Source: Acidobacteriota bacterium
Lineage (GTDB): Bacteria; Acidobacteriota; UBA6911; RPQK01; JAJDTT01
Assembly: GCA_965217775.1 (NCBI GenBank)
Contig: CBDCJH010000001.1
Coordinates: 1 to 64,000, forward strand
Length of the DNA: 64,000 bases
Direction: 5' to 3'
This document shows, piece after piece, positions 38,044-46,928 of this stretch; position 1 is the stretch's first letter; each line of letters opens with the position of its first letter. Under the pieces are notes generated by a model that had not been told where the DNA came from, did not search any database, and was given only the letters and a program-made list of their open reading frames with translations. Position numbers and translations under genes: made by a program.

Positions 38044-38451
38044 GTGTTTCTGGTCGACACCAACGTATTGCTCGACATCTTCTCGGACGACCCGGTCTGG
38101 CGTCCCTGGTCCGAGCGTTCAATACGTGATTCACTGGTCTCTGGAGTAGTCGGAATCAACCCGATCATCTACGCCGAGACGTCACTTTCTTTCACCGACC
38201 CCAGAGAATTGGACCATCACCTGAATGCCTTTATGCTGGTACGTTTTCAGCTACCGTACGAGGCTGGGTTTCTCGCGGCGAGAGCCTTTCTCCGGTACCG
38301 CCGCGCCGGAGGTGTGCGGTCATCGCCGCTACCGGATTTCTACATCGGCGCGCACGCCGAGACGCAAGGACTGACACTTCTCACGAGGGACATGAGGCGA
38401 TACCAGACCTACTTCCCTGCAGTGAAACTGGTGACGCCACAAACCGGGTAA
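38044..38451 (+). CDS. vapC: VapC family PIN-domain toxin
   Basis: LVDTNVLLD, INPIIYAE, PLPDFYIGAHA, LLTRD..RY.TYFP. Confidence 0.9.
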   Translation: MFLVDTNVLLDIFSDDPVWRPWSERSIRDSLVSGVVGINPIIYAETSLSFTDPRELDHHLNAFMLVRFQLPYEAGFLAARAFLRYRRAGGVRSSPLPDFYIGAHAETQGLTLLTRDMRRYQTYFPAVKLVTPQTG

Positions 38452-38550
38452 AAGCTACATGGGTAGCGAGGTTCCGTGGAGAACGAGTCCCGCCGTCTCC
38501 GGATGGAAACGGTAGAGTCTCCCCGGTTGCAGATGCCGGGAGCGAATTCC

Positions 38551-41406
38551 CTACCGGAACAGCACGACCACTTCTTCCAGGATCGGCGATACGACTCCGG
38601 TGGGAGCGGGATGAAGAGTCGCACGGTATTGAATCACCGAGTGCGACGGATCCGTATACGGGATTTCGGCGGGATGCTCGAAGAATGTCGCCGGACCGCC
38701 GGGTCCCCGCCACACGGCTCCGTCCAATTCTGCTTCCGACTCGGCCGTCCTGATCTGGAAACGCACTCGGCTGCCCAGGGGAGTCTGGGCTTTCCAGGTC
38801 AGGGTCGCCGGACGGCCCTTCGTGAACGAGTGGACCGAAGAGACGTAGTCGAACTCGAATCGGCGGTCGTAGATGTTGCCCAGGTCCACTCCAGAATCTC
38901 CATGGGGACCGCGGACCGGGATCTCCAGCCGGCGGTCCGCCCGGAATCCGTCGACGCCTCCCCAGTAGAGAAAGGAGTTGGTGACGTGATCGCCGAAGGA
39001 GCCGATCCGGTTGGCGTCCCCCTCGGAACGGTGGCAGACGAAGAGAATGTCGGCGTATCCGTCCTGGTTGAAGTCTGCCACCATGCTTCCGGCCCCGGAG
39101 TTGGTGGGCAGCTTGAACATCCGATTCGGGTCGAACCCGTCAGGTCCGCCCAGATGCACCCGTGAGAGAGTCGCCCGGCTCGATCCGGTGTTGTAATTGG
39201 GGCACACCAGGTCCAGCCATCCGTCCTGGTTCACGTCCGCCACCGTGACCAGGTTGGTCCCCTCGATCTCGAATACGGTGCGCCGGCCGGCCGAGTATTC
39301 TCCCTCTCCCGCACCCCAATAGACGAACCCCGTGGTCAACCGGGAGCCCCCCTCGATGCCACGGCTCAAGACCAGATCGAGCACTCCGTCCCGATTCAGG
39401 TCGGCGACCTCCACGCCCCGGAGGCCGGACGACCCGGGAACGATGCCACGGCGCGACGAGGAGTAACCACGGCTTCCGTCGCCCCAATAGATGGGGACAC
39501 CCTCCGGATTGGCCGAGAAAACGAGGTCCAGGTGTCCGTCCCGGTTGAGATCGGCAATGGCGGGGATGCCCGTCGGTCCGTTGTCCAACTCCAGCCGCTC
39601 GGTGACCACGAACCCTTCGCCGCCACCCCAGTAGACGAACGCTCCCGTCTCCGCCAACTCCTGACTGGGGACGTTGGACAGGACCACGTCCAGCCATCCG
39701 TCCCGGTCCAGATCGGCAATGCTCACGCCGGCGCTGCCGCGTCCCATCAGGGCGGACCGGTTGTCGACCTGGAACCCCTCTCGATCACCCCAGTAGACGT
39801 GGCTCTCCTGCCGCCACCGAACCGTCTCTCCAAAGTTGGAGACCACCAGATCGGTCCAGCCGTCGTCGTCCAGGTCCGCCGATCCCCATTCATAAGGGTC
39901 CACGGCGGGCAACGAGATTCGCCGTTCGGCGCTGTACTGGCCCTGGGCGTCTCCCCAGTAGACGAAAATGGGACTGTCTCCACCCCGGCTGCGCGACACC
40001 GTGTTGTTGAAGAGGATGTCCGGATGGCCGTCGCCGTCGAAGTCGGTCACCAGGTTTCCCACCGCGCCCTGGGTGAAGAGGGAGGTGCGCCGGGTGGGAG
40101 CGAATCCCTCTTCGGAGTTCCATTGGATATAGGAGGGGACCTCGAAAGAGAAGTGCTCCTTGTAATTGGAGATAACCAGGTCCACGTGCCCGTCCCGATT
40201 CAGATCGGCCGCCGAGACACCCCAGGCCCCCACCGTCTCGAATTCCTGGCGCCGCTCATTGGAGAAGCCTTCCGCAGAGCCCCAGTACAGAAAGGAGTGG
40301 GTGAGAGGGTTGCCGTGGGACTGATGATTGGTGAAGAAGATGTCCTGGTGGCCGTCGCCGTTGAAATCGGCGACGGCGGTGTCGCGGGCATTACTGGTGG
40401 AAAGCTCCAGCCGTCTCTCGGCCGAGAAGCCTTCCTCACTGTTGAGATAGACGAAAGAAGCCGGGCCCTTCCCGTTGGCGATCACGAGATCCGTGCGGCC
40501 GTCGCCATTCACGTCGGCCGCCTCCACGGCGAAGGCCTGATGGGTCGGAAGATCCACCTTGCGCTGGGGACTGAAACCCTCCTCACCGCCCCACAGAACA
40601 TAGGAATCGATGTCCTGGTTCCCCTTGTCTTCCTGGTTGGCCAGGATGAGATCGGGCCATCCATCCCGGTTCAAATCAGCGACGGCCGCGTCCGAGGCCC
40701 CCAACGCCGGGACGTCCACGTAGCGCTCCCGGTCGGGACCTTGGGCGGAACCCCAGAAGACTCGGGACGGCGAATCGTAACCCCCTCCCCGGAAACCGAC
40801 ACGGTACTCCCAGAATCCGGCGGACAGAGCCAGAACTACGTCGGGGTGCCCGTCACGGTTCAGATCAGCCACGGTGGCTCCCTGGGCCGCCCGCGAAGGA
40901 AGGGTGATCTTCCTGGAAAAGGGGTGGAATCCCCACGCCGAATCGTCCCGGCGGTTCTTCAACTCCTCGATCCCACCAAAATAGATGAACGAGTCCATGC
41001 CGTCCCAGGTGCCGTTGGTGTAGTTGGGGAAGACCACGTCCATCCGGCCGTCCCCGTTCAGATCGCCGGCCGCCGCCCATTGGGCGCCATCGTTGGGGAT
41101 GAAGGAACGGCGGGAGACGTCGAAGTCCCTGCCGTTTCCCCAATAGATGGCCGCGTCCATCTTCTCCTTGTGGGGATGGGTGTTGGAAAAGACCAGGTCG
41201 ATGAACCCATCCTGATTGAGGTCCCATCGATTCACCAATTGGATGCGGCCCCGTCTGGAAACGTAGGTGTTGGCACCGCCGTCGCCAAACCTGCCGTCAA
41301 CGAAATCCTCGAAGCTGGATTCCTTCCAGACCTTCGTCTCCGTCTGGCCCCAGGCCGCAACGGCGCAAGGCAGAAAAAGCAAGGTCAGCCCCAGATTCCA
41401 GCGCAT
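38551..41406 (-). CDS. Secreted FG-GAP/VCBS repeat protein
   Basis: Signal peptide; many AD(L/F)N.DG..D(L/I)V repeats, each followed by S.(V/I)YWG. Confidence 0.88.
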   Translation of the reverse strand: MRWNLGLTLLFLPCAVAAWGQTETKVWKESSFEDFVDGRFGDGGANTYVSRRGRIQLVNRWDLNQDGFIDLVFSNTHPHKEKMDAAIYWGNGRDFDVSRRSFIPNDGAQWAAAGDLNGDGRMDVVFPNYTNGTWDGMDSFIYFGGIEELKNRRDDSAWGFHPFSRKITLPSRAAQGATVADLNRDGHPDVVLALSAGFWEYRVGFRGGGYDSPSRVFWGSAQGPDRERYVDVPALGASDAAVADLNRDGWPDLILANQEDKGNQDIDSYVLWGGEEGFSPQRKVDLPTHQAFAVEAADVNGDGRTDLVIANGKGPASFVYLNSEEGFSAERRLELSTSNARDTAVADFNGDGHQDIFFTNHQSHGNPLTHSFLYWGSAEGFSNERRQEFETVGAWGVSAADLNRDGHVDLVISNYKEHFSFEVPSYIQWNSEEGFAPTRRTSLFTQGAVGNLVTDFDGDGHPDILFNNTVSRSRGGDSPIFVYWGDAQGQYSAERRISLPAVDPYEWGSADLDDDGWTDLVVSNFGETVRWRQESHVYWGDREGFQVDNRSALMGRGSAGVSIADLDRDGWLDVVLSNVPSQELAETGAFVYWGGGEGFVVTERLELDNGPTGIPAIADLNRDGHLDLVFSANPEGVPIYWGDGSRGYSSSRRGIVPGSSGLRGVEVADLNRDGVLDLVLSRGIEGGSRLTTGFVYWGAGEGEYSAGRRTVFEIEGTNLVTVADVNQDGWLDLVCPNYNTGSSRATLSRVHLGGPDGFDPNRMFKLPTNSGAGSMVADFNQDGYADILFVCHRSEGDANRIGSFGDHVTNSFLYWGGVDGFRADRRLEIPVRGPHGDSGVDLGNIYDRRFEFDYVSSVHSFTKGRPATLTWKAQTPLGSRVRFQIRTAESEAELDGAVWRGPGGPATFFEHPAEIPYTDPSHSVIQYRATLHPAPTGVVSPILEEVVVLFR

Positions 41407-41424
41407 ATCAGACCTCCCGGGTAT

Positions 41425-41949
41425 TCAGTGGCCAGCTTGTTCGAGGTACTTCCTGGCGAACTCGAGCAACTTCCTGGATCGCAGGCCGATCTTCCGGGCC
41501 TCTTTCTCCGCCTTCGCCAGACTCCAGCCATGGTTGACCACCCGGTGAAGAATCCAGAACGCTCCGACCCGATTGGCGCTGGCGCAATGAATGAAGAGGG
41601 GCCGGTTCGACTCATCCGAGACGATCCGCAGAAACTCGTCTCCCAGCTTCGGAGTCAGGTGATTCGAGTCCACCGGAAGATGGAAATACTTGAGTCCAAG
41701 CGCCTGCACGGCAGCTCCCTCTTTCAAAACGCCGGGGTCCTCGGCGGCGGTCCGCAGGTTCAAGACCGAGTGGACCCCTCGCTGCTTGAGCCGGATCAGG
41801 TCCTGGTGGGCCGGTTGGCCGCCGGTACAGTAGTCCCGGTTGATCCAGAGGAAGTTACGAGCCGAGACCGGCGCGTCGGAATCCTGCGCCAGCACAAATC
41901 CAGGCAGAAAGACCACCCAGAGAAGAGCGGCCGGAATGATGAATCTCAC
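41425..41949 (-). CDS. Exported protein-tyrosine-phosphatase-like / DUF442 protein
   Basis: GGQP, VLNLRT, HCASANRVG (CX5R); GTG start inferred. Confidence 0.82.
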   Translation of the reverse strand: MRFIIPAALLWVVFLPGFVLAQDSDAPVSARNFLWINRDYCTGGQPAHQDLIRLKQRGVHSVLNLRTAAEDPGVLKEGAAVQALGLKYFHLPVDSNHLTPKLGDEFLRIVSDESNRPLFIHCASANRVGAFWILHRVVNHGWSLAKAEKEARKIGLRSRKLLEFARKYLEQAGH

Positions 41950-42029
41950 GGCCCGAGTATACCGGAGCTTGCCCGGAAAGGCGGACCCTGGAAAGATCCC
42001 GGCATCATCCAAAGACGGGGGCTGATAGA

Positions 42030-43856
42030 ATGTTTCGTCTGTATTCCGTGAGCGGACTCGAAGTCCTTTCTGTCGTCGCCATGCGATTTCGCCGCCTGTC
42101 GTGGGCCGCCGGCCTCTTGGGGTTCACCCTGATGCCGCTCGACGCCCAACAGGAACTCGTTCCGTCTTTCCGAGCCCATTCCGAGGTCGTCCTGGTCGAC
42201 CTGGTAGTCACCGACAAGCGAGACCGATTCGTCCCCGACCTGAAGCTTGAAGAGATTCAGGTTTTCGAGGACGGCAAGCTCCAGAGACTGACCTTCTTCG
42301 ACCTGCGCATACGGGCCGGGTCCGAGGAACAACTGGTATCGGACGTCAGAACGGGCGCCGTTCCGGCACCCGCCCTCGCCGTCAGGTCCCTCCCCACGAC
42401 CCCACAGGACAGGGGTTATTTCGTCTTTCTGTTCGACCTGCAGGCCATGTCCTTTCATGGGCTGGAACGAGCCAAGGAATCCATACGACGGTTCGCCCGC
42501 TCCGAACTGGCTCCCACCGACCGGGTGATGGTGGCCAGCATACGGCCGCAGTTTCGAGTCGAAATGCCCTTCACCAGCGACATTTCTCGATTGAACGCCA
42601 CCCTCGACCAACTGGTCGCGAGAGATTTTGAAGAGACCAGCATCGCCCGGTTCATAGAGCAGATGGACCATTCGTTCGCCCGAATGGAGGCGGGAGCCCT
42701 GGATACCTTCGATCCCGGCCAGACCGGGGCCGGAGAGCAGAGACTCGATCCAAATCTGGATGGAGCCATCTCTCAAGCAGCGGACCACGGCCGCGATCTC
42801 CTGGTGAAGGTCGAACTGCAGTTGGACTTCACCTGCGCCGCCATCGGCGCGCTCTCCCGGCATCTGGGCTCCCTGCCCGGACGAAAACAGCTGATCTACT
42901 TCTCCAAGGGCTATCCTCTGGATGCCAAGCGCACCGTCACTCACCTGATCTCCCAACGAGCCGTTACCTACTCTCCGGGACAGGTCACGCTGATCCATCT
43001 GGCGGCCAACAACTACATGGCGGGAGCCTCCCAAGCCTCGCACCTGCTCAACCGGCTTGGATCGGCGGTACGCCAGGCCAATCGAGCCCAGGTTTCGGTG
43101 TACAGTATCGATCCTCGAGGTCTGATGGTCCCCGCGATCAGCAACCCTGAAACCAGAGGTTCGGGCAATTACCTCTACCCGACCTACTCCACCGAGGACA
43201 TCACGGCCCCGCAACAGTTTCTGGCCTCCCTCTCGATGGAGACCGGTGGGCTCTGGTTCGCCGACGACAACGACCTGGAACGCCCGATCCGCAGTGCCTA
43301 CCGGGACGGCAGTCAATACTACCTTTTGGGATACGTCCCGTCCTCGATCCGGAAGCAGGGCAAGTTCCACAAGATCAAGGTGAAGGTCAGAAGAAAGGGC
43401 ATCCGGTTGCGGTACCGGGAAGGTTACGTCGAAGAGGACCCGCGGGAAGCCGAAACCGTTGATCTGGCCAACGCCTTCAAGTTCCCCGACCTGTTCCGGG
43501 ACTTTCCCGTCGACACTCAGATCCTGAACCGAAAGGGGCAGGTGCAGGTCCAGGCCCGAATTCCCACCGGCTCCTTCATCTTCAGATCCCAGGGCGGACA
43601 GAACCGGTGCGTCATCGAGATGTTCGGCGCACTCTTCGACGACGGCGGGAAATGGGTTGGGGAGAACTTCTACTTCGTCGAGAAGATCGACCTGGACTTC
43701 AACCAGCAGGATCTGGCCAAGTTCCTCCGCTACGAACACTTCGTCCCCATGGCGGCGGGGGTCGCGCCGGACGGGCCCCACGACCTGGTGGTCGTGGTTC
43801 GCCAGAGTCTCACCGGAAGGATGGCAACGTCGACCCATCGGATCGTGCCGAACTGA
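42030..43856 (+). CDS. VWA domain protein (acidobacterial VWFA-related)
   Basis: F...SEVVLVDLVVTDK, VFEDGK.Q, LPGRKQLIYFSKG, VSVYSIDPRGL, ETGG, YYLLGY; start may be 42081. Confidence 0.85.
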   Translation: MFRLYSVSGLEVLSVVAMRFRRLSWAAGLLGFTLMPLDAQQELVPSFRAHSEVVLVDLVVTDKRDRFVPDLKLEEIQVFEDGKLQRLTFFDLRIRAGSEEQLVSDVRTGAVPAPALAVRSLPTTPQDRGYFVFLFDLQAMSFHGLERAKESIRRFARSELAPTDRVMVASIRPQFRVEMPFTSDISRLNATLDQLVARDFEETSIARFIEQMDHSFARMEAGALDTFDPGQTGAGEQRLDPNLDGAISQAADHGRDLLVKVELQLDFTCAAIGALSRHLGSLPGRKQLIYFSKGYPLDAKRTVTHLISQRAVTYSPGQVTLIHLAANNYMAGASQASHLLNRLGSAVRQANRAQVSVYSIDPRGLMVPAISNPETRGSGNYLYPTYSTEDITAPQQFLASLSMETGGLWFADDNDLERPIRSAYRDGSQYYLLGYVPSSIRKQGKFHKIKVKVRRKGIRLRYREGYVEEDPREAETVDLANAFKFPDLFRDFPVDTQILNRKGQVQVQARIPTGSFIFRSQGGQNRCVIEMFGALFDDGGKWVGENFYFVEKIDLDFNQQDLAKFLRYEHFVPMAAGVAPDGPHDLVVVVRQSLTGRMATSTHRIVPN

Positions 43857-43900
43857 GGGGAAGATCACAGGATCGGCAGAGTCCACTCGAGTTGAGGACG

Positions 43901-45316
43901 ATGGACAAGCCCAACCTCGTCTACATCACCGCCGATCAACTCAAGGCCTCGGCGGCGCCCATTCTGGGGAACTCGCTGATCTCCTGCCCCTTCATGGAAG
44001 GCCTGGCCGCGGAAGGAATCACTTTTCCCGAGACTTATGCCGCCAGCACCATCTGCACCCCCAGCCGCGCCTCCGTCTTCACCGGCGTTCATCCCCTGGT
44101 CCACCAGGTCACCTGTTGGCAGAACAAGGCGCCCCTGAACTTGCCGCAGATGTCCGAGCTCTTCGCCTCAGCCGGTTACTACACGGCGGTGTCGGGTCAT
44201 TTCGAACAAGGGAGGAACCTGAGCCGCGGCTGGTACGAGCAGGTGGATCTGCGCGAGCCGGGTCCGCTGGCTCGAGCCTTGGAGACCAAGTACTCCCATG
44301 GCCGCAGAGACGTGGGCTGGTCCTGCGGAGCCATCGATTGCGCTCCCGAGGAGGGACATTCGGCGCTGCTGGCAGATCGGTCGATCCGCATGATCGACAC
44401 GGCACGGCGATCCCGAATGCCTTTCTTTCTCCACTTCTCCTTCAACGACCCTCATCCCTCCTATTTCGTGCCTCCCCCCTACGATTCCATGGTGGACCCC
44501 GGCCAAGTCGATCTGCCGGTGATGGACCACGACGGGGCGAGGCCCGCCTGGCAAACCCAGGCCCTCAAGGAAGTCAGGACCGATGAGGCTTCCGAACGCG
44601 AACTCAAGAAGGTGGTGGCCGTCTACCACGGAATGATTCGCTACGTGGACGACCAGATGAATCGGGTGTTCCAGGCCCTGGCCGAACGGGACCTGCTGGA
44701 GGACACCTGGGTGGTCTTCGCCTCCGACCACGGCGATTTCATGGGGGAGAAGGGACTCTTCGAGAAGTGCGAGGTTCCCTATGAGTGCCTGACCCACGTC
44801 CCGCTGGTGATCCGCCCGCCCACGAATCTGGCGGCTCACCGGGGAACCCGGATCCCCGGTCTGGTGGATCTGGTGGATCTTTTCCCCACCTTCCTCTCAC
44901 TGGCCGGCATTCCGGTTCCCGACTATGCTCAGGGACGGGATCTGATGGCCTGGGTGGGCCGGGGAGCGAGACGGCCGTTGCGCCGTGTCGTCTTCGCTCA
45001 GGTCGGCGACTACCATGGGCACCTCAAGTCCACCTTTCCCACCGGAACCTTCAATTCGGGGCGGCGAAACGCCCTGGTTCGCGGCGGACGGAGCCGGGAC
45101 TTCTCCTACATCCGGGATCCGCAGTACGGGGACGAAGCCTACGATCTCACGCAGGATCCCCGCGAACTGGACAACCTCCTGCAGCGGGGGTCGGTCCCGG
45201 ATGACGTCACTCAGTTCAGGGATGATCTCGACGGCTGGGAGGAGGCCTGTCTCGACCTGCGGAGACAGTTGAACGTCATCCCCGGAGACCGGGGTTTCGA
45301 ACCGGGTTGGGAGTAG
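43901..45316 (+). CDS. Cys-type sulfatase
   Basis: KPNLVYITADQ, CTPSRAS, PFFLHFSF.DPH, SDHGD, HVPLVI. Confidence 0.92.
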   Translation: MDKPNLVYITADQLKASAAPILGNSLISCPFMEGLAAEGITFPETYAASTICTPSRASVFTGVHPLVHQVTCWQNKAPLNLPQMSELFASAGYYTAVSGHFEQGRNLSRGWYEQVDLREPGPLARALETKYSHGRRDVGWSCGAIDCAPEEGHSALLADRSIRMIDTARRSRMPFFLHFSFNDPHPSYFVPPPYDSMVDPGQVDLPVMDHDGARPAWQTQALKEVRTDEASERELKKVVAVYHGMIRYVDDQMNRVFQALAERDLLEDTWVVFASDHGDFMGEKGLFEKCEVPYECLTHVPLVIRPPTNLAAHRGTRIPGLVDLVDLFPTFLSLAGIPVPDYAQGRDLMAWVGRGARRPLRRVVFAQVGDYHGHLKSTFPTGTFNSGRRNALVRGGRSRDFSYIRDPQYGDEAYDLTQDPRELDNLLQRGSVPDDVTQFRDDLDGWEEACLDLRRQLNVIPGDRGFEPGWE

Positions 45317-45327
45317 TGGGGCGGCAT

Positions 45328-45385
45328 GGAATCGGGGGTTTGTAACCCCCGATTCCGGGGTGTGGGGGGGACAAGAATGTCCCCT
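45328..45385. repeat. Two tandem hairpins between convergent genes (terminator or REP-like)
   Basis: GGAATCGGGGG-TTTGTAA-CCCCCGATTCC and GGGGACA-AGAA-TGTCCCC. Confidence 0.5.
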
Positions 45386-45396
45386 CCCAGGCGCCC

Positions 45397-46170
45397 CTAC
45401 CTGGTGGCGCCGGCCTCTTGTAGATAACGGACGACCTCGGTGTGCCGGTTGGAAGCTGCAGCCCCAAGGGCGGTGAGACCCTTCTGGTCCTTGATGTCCA
45501 GTCGAGCTCCCGCGTTCACCAGCGCCTGGACCACTGGCAGATGGCCCTCGGTCGCCGCGCCGATGAGTGCCGTCTTGCCTTCGTTCTCGCGGGCATCGAC
45601 GGCGGCCCCGGCCGCCAGCAGGGCTTGGGCGGTTTCCAGGCGGCCGCTCCAGGCGGCCCACATCAGGGCGGTGGCGCCGGTGTAATCGCGTGATTCCAAC
45701 TGGGCTCCGGCGGCAAGCAACATCCCCACGATCACCGTGCGCCCCTCCCACGCGGCCCCCATGAGCCCGCCCCGGTCGTTCTTGTCCTTGATGTTCACGT
45801 CGGCTCCGGCTTCCAGAAGAATGCCGACGGTGTCGCCATATCCCTTCCAGCAGGCCCAGATGAGGGGTGTCATTCCGGCCAGTTCATCCCGGGGATCGAT
45901 TTCGGAGCCTCGTTCCAAAAGGATCTTGACCACTTCGGTCTGACCCCTCCAAGCGGCGGCGGTCAGAGCCGTGGTGCCCTGCTCGTCCCTCCCGTTGACG
46001 TCCACGCCGAGGTCCAGCAGGTACTTCACCGCGTCCACGTCTCCCCGTTCGGCAGCCTCGATGAGATGGATCGGTTTCTCCTGCTGCCGGATCGCACCCG
46101 ACACGGGTCCCGCTACCAGGAGCGACGCGGCCAGCACCAAAACCACCGGCTTTCTGATTCTCAATCTCAT
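45397..46170 (-). CDS. Secreted ankyrin repeat protein
   Basis: Signal peptide; about 7 repeats of G.TAL..AA..G...V..LL..GA.V; ATG overlaps the batE stop (ATGA). Confidence 0.92.
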   Translation of the reverse strand: MRLRIRKPVVLVLAASLLVAGPVSGAIRQQEKPIHLIEAAERGDVDAVKYLLDLGVDVNGRDEQGTTALTAAAWRGQTEVVKILLERGSEIDPRDELAGMTPLIWACWKGYGDTVGILLEAGADVNIKDKNDRGGLMGAAWEGRTVIVGMLLAAGAQLESRDYTGATALMWAAWSGRLETAQALLAAGAAVDARENEGKTALIGAATEGHLPVVQALVNAGARLDIKDQKGLTALGAAASNRHTEVVRYLQEAGATR

Positions 46171-46928
46171 TGCTGAGCGATCCTGGCCATGGAGTCGGCC
46201 TTCAGCCATCCTACATTACCGTCGGCGAGAAGGACTTCGACCCACGATCCCGAAACTTCCTGAATTCGCACCTTGGTCCCCTCGTGGAGCGTGAAGACGT
46301 GGATGCCCTCTTCTCCCGGAGCACTCACGGCCCTGGCCTCATTGGCCAGAATGATGGCCTCGGAGGACTCTCGTTCCTGGCGAATCTGACCGGCAAGGCA
46401 TAGGGAGGACACGATCAGCAGGAGAGCTCCGGCCCCGATGATCTTGCCGGTGAACCTGCGGCCCCGACTCCAAAGAAGCCTGAGGATCCAGGCAGCCACC
46501 AGAACGGCGTAGGAACTCCACATCAGGATCCATAGAGCGCTACGGGGAAGAAAGAACACGAAGCGCTCCAAGAGGACCAGGGGCCTGAACCGGGGCAGCT
46601 CAGGAATTTGATCGACCACCTTGAGCCGCGCCAGTGACAGGTTCACCTCCAGATCCTCATCTCCGGGGATCAGTCGAGCCGCGCGCTCATAGTGAAGAAT
46701 CGCCTGCCCCGTCTCGCCGAGCTTGTAGTAGCAATTCCCCATGTTGAAATAGAGTGGGCCCGACTCGTAACCCATGGCGGCGACGCTGGCGTAGCTCTCC
46801 AAGGCCTTCCGGTATTCACCAGCCTCGTAATTTCGGTTGCCCTGTTGGAAGAGACCCTCCCGAGAGTCCCCCCAAACCGGAGCGAAGATCAAAGTCAGCG
46901 AGAGCAGAGCGATCGCCCGTGGGTTCAC
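46167..46928 (-). CDS. batE: BatE-like TPR + SH3 protein
   Basis: LYFNMGNCYYKLG..G.AILHYERA; FTLHEGTKV...GW. Confidence 0.85.
   Translation of the reverse strand: MNPRAIALLSLTLIFAPVWGDSREGLFQQGNRNYEAGEYRKALESYASVAAMGYESGPLYFNMGNCYYKLGETGQAILHYERAARLIPGDEDLEVNLSLARLKVVDQIPELPRFRPLVLLERFVFFLPRSALWILMWSSYAVLVAAWILRLLWSRGRRFTGKIIGAGALLLIVSSLCLAGQIRQERESSEAIILANEARAVSAPGEEGIHVFTLHEGTKVRIQEVSGSWVEVLLADGNVGWLKADSMARIAQQ

Noticed and set aside
34731-38470. Genomic island integrated at tRNA-Cys
   Set aside because: No adjacent integrase and no duplicated tRNA 3' end found by eye.
39532-42051. Long antisense ORFs (also 1153-2733, 20199-22121, 41946-43886, 57170-58831)
   Set aside because: Shadow or alternate frames typical of high-GC DNA, overlapping well-supported genes and lacking motifs.
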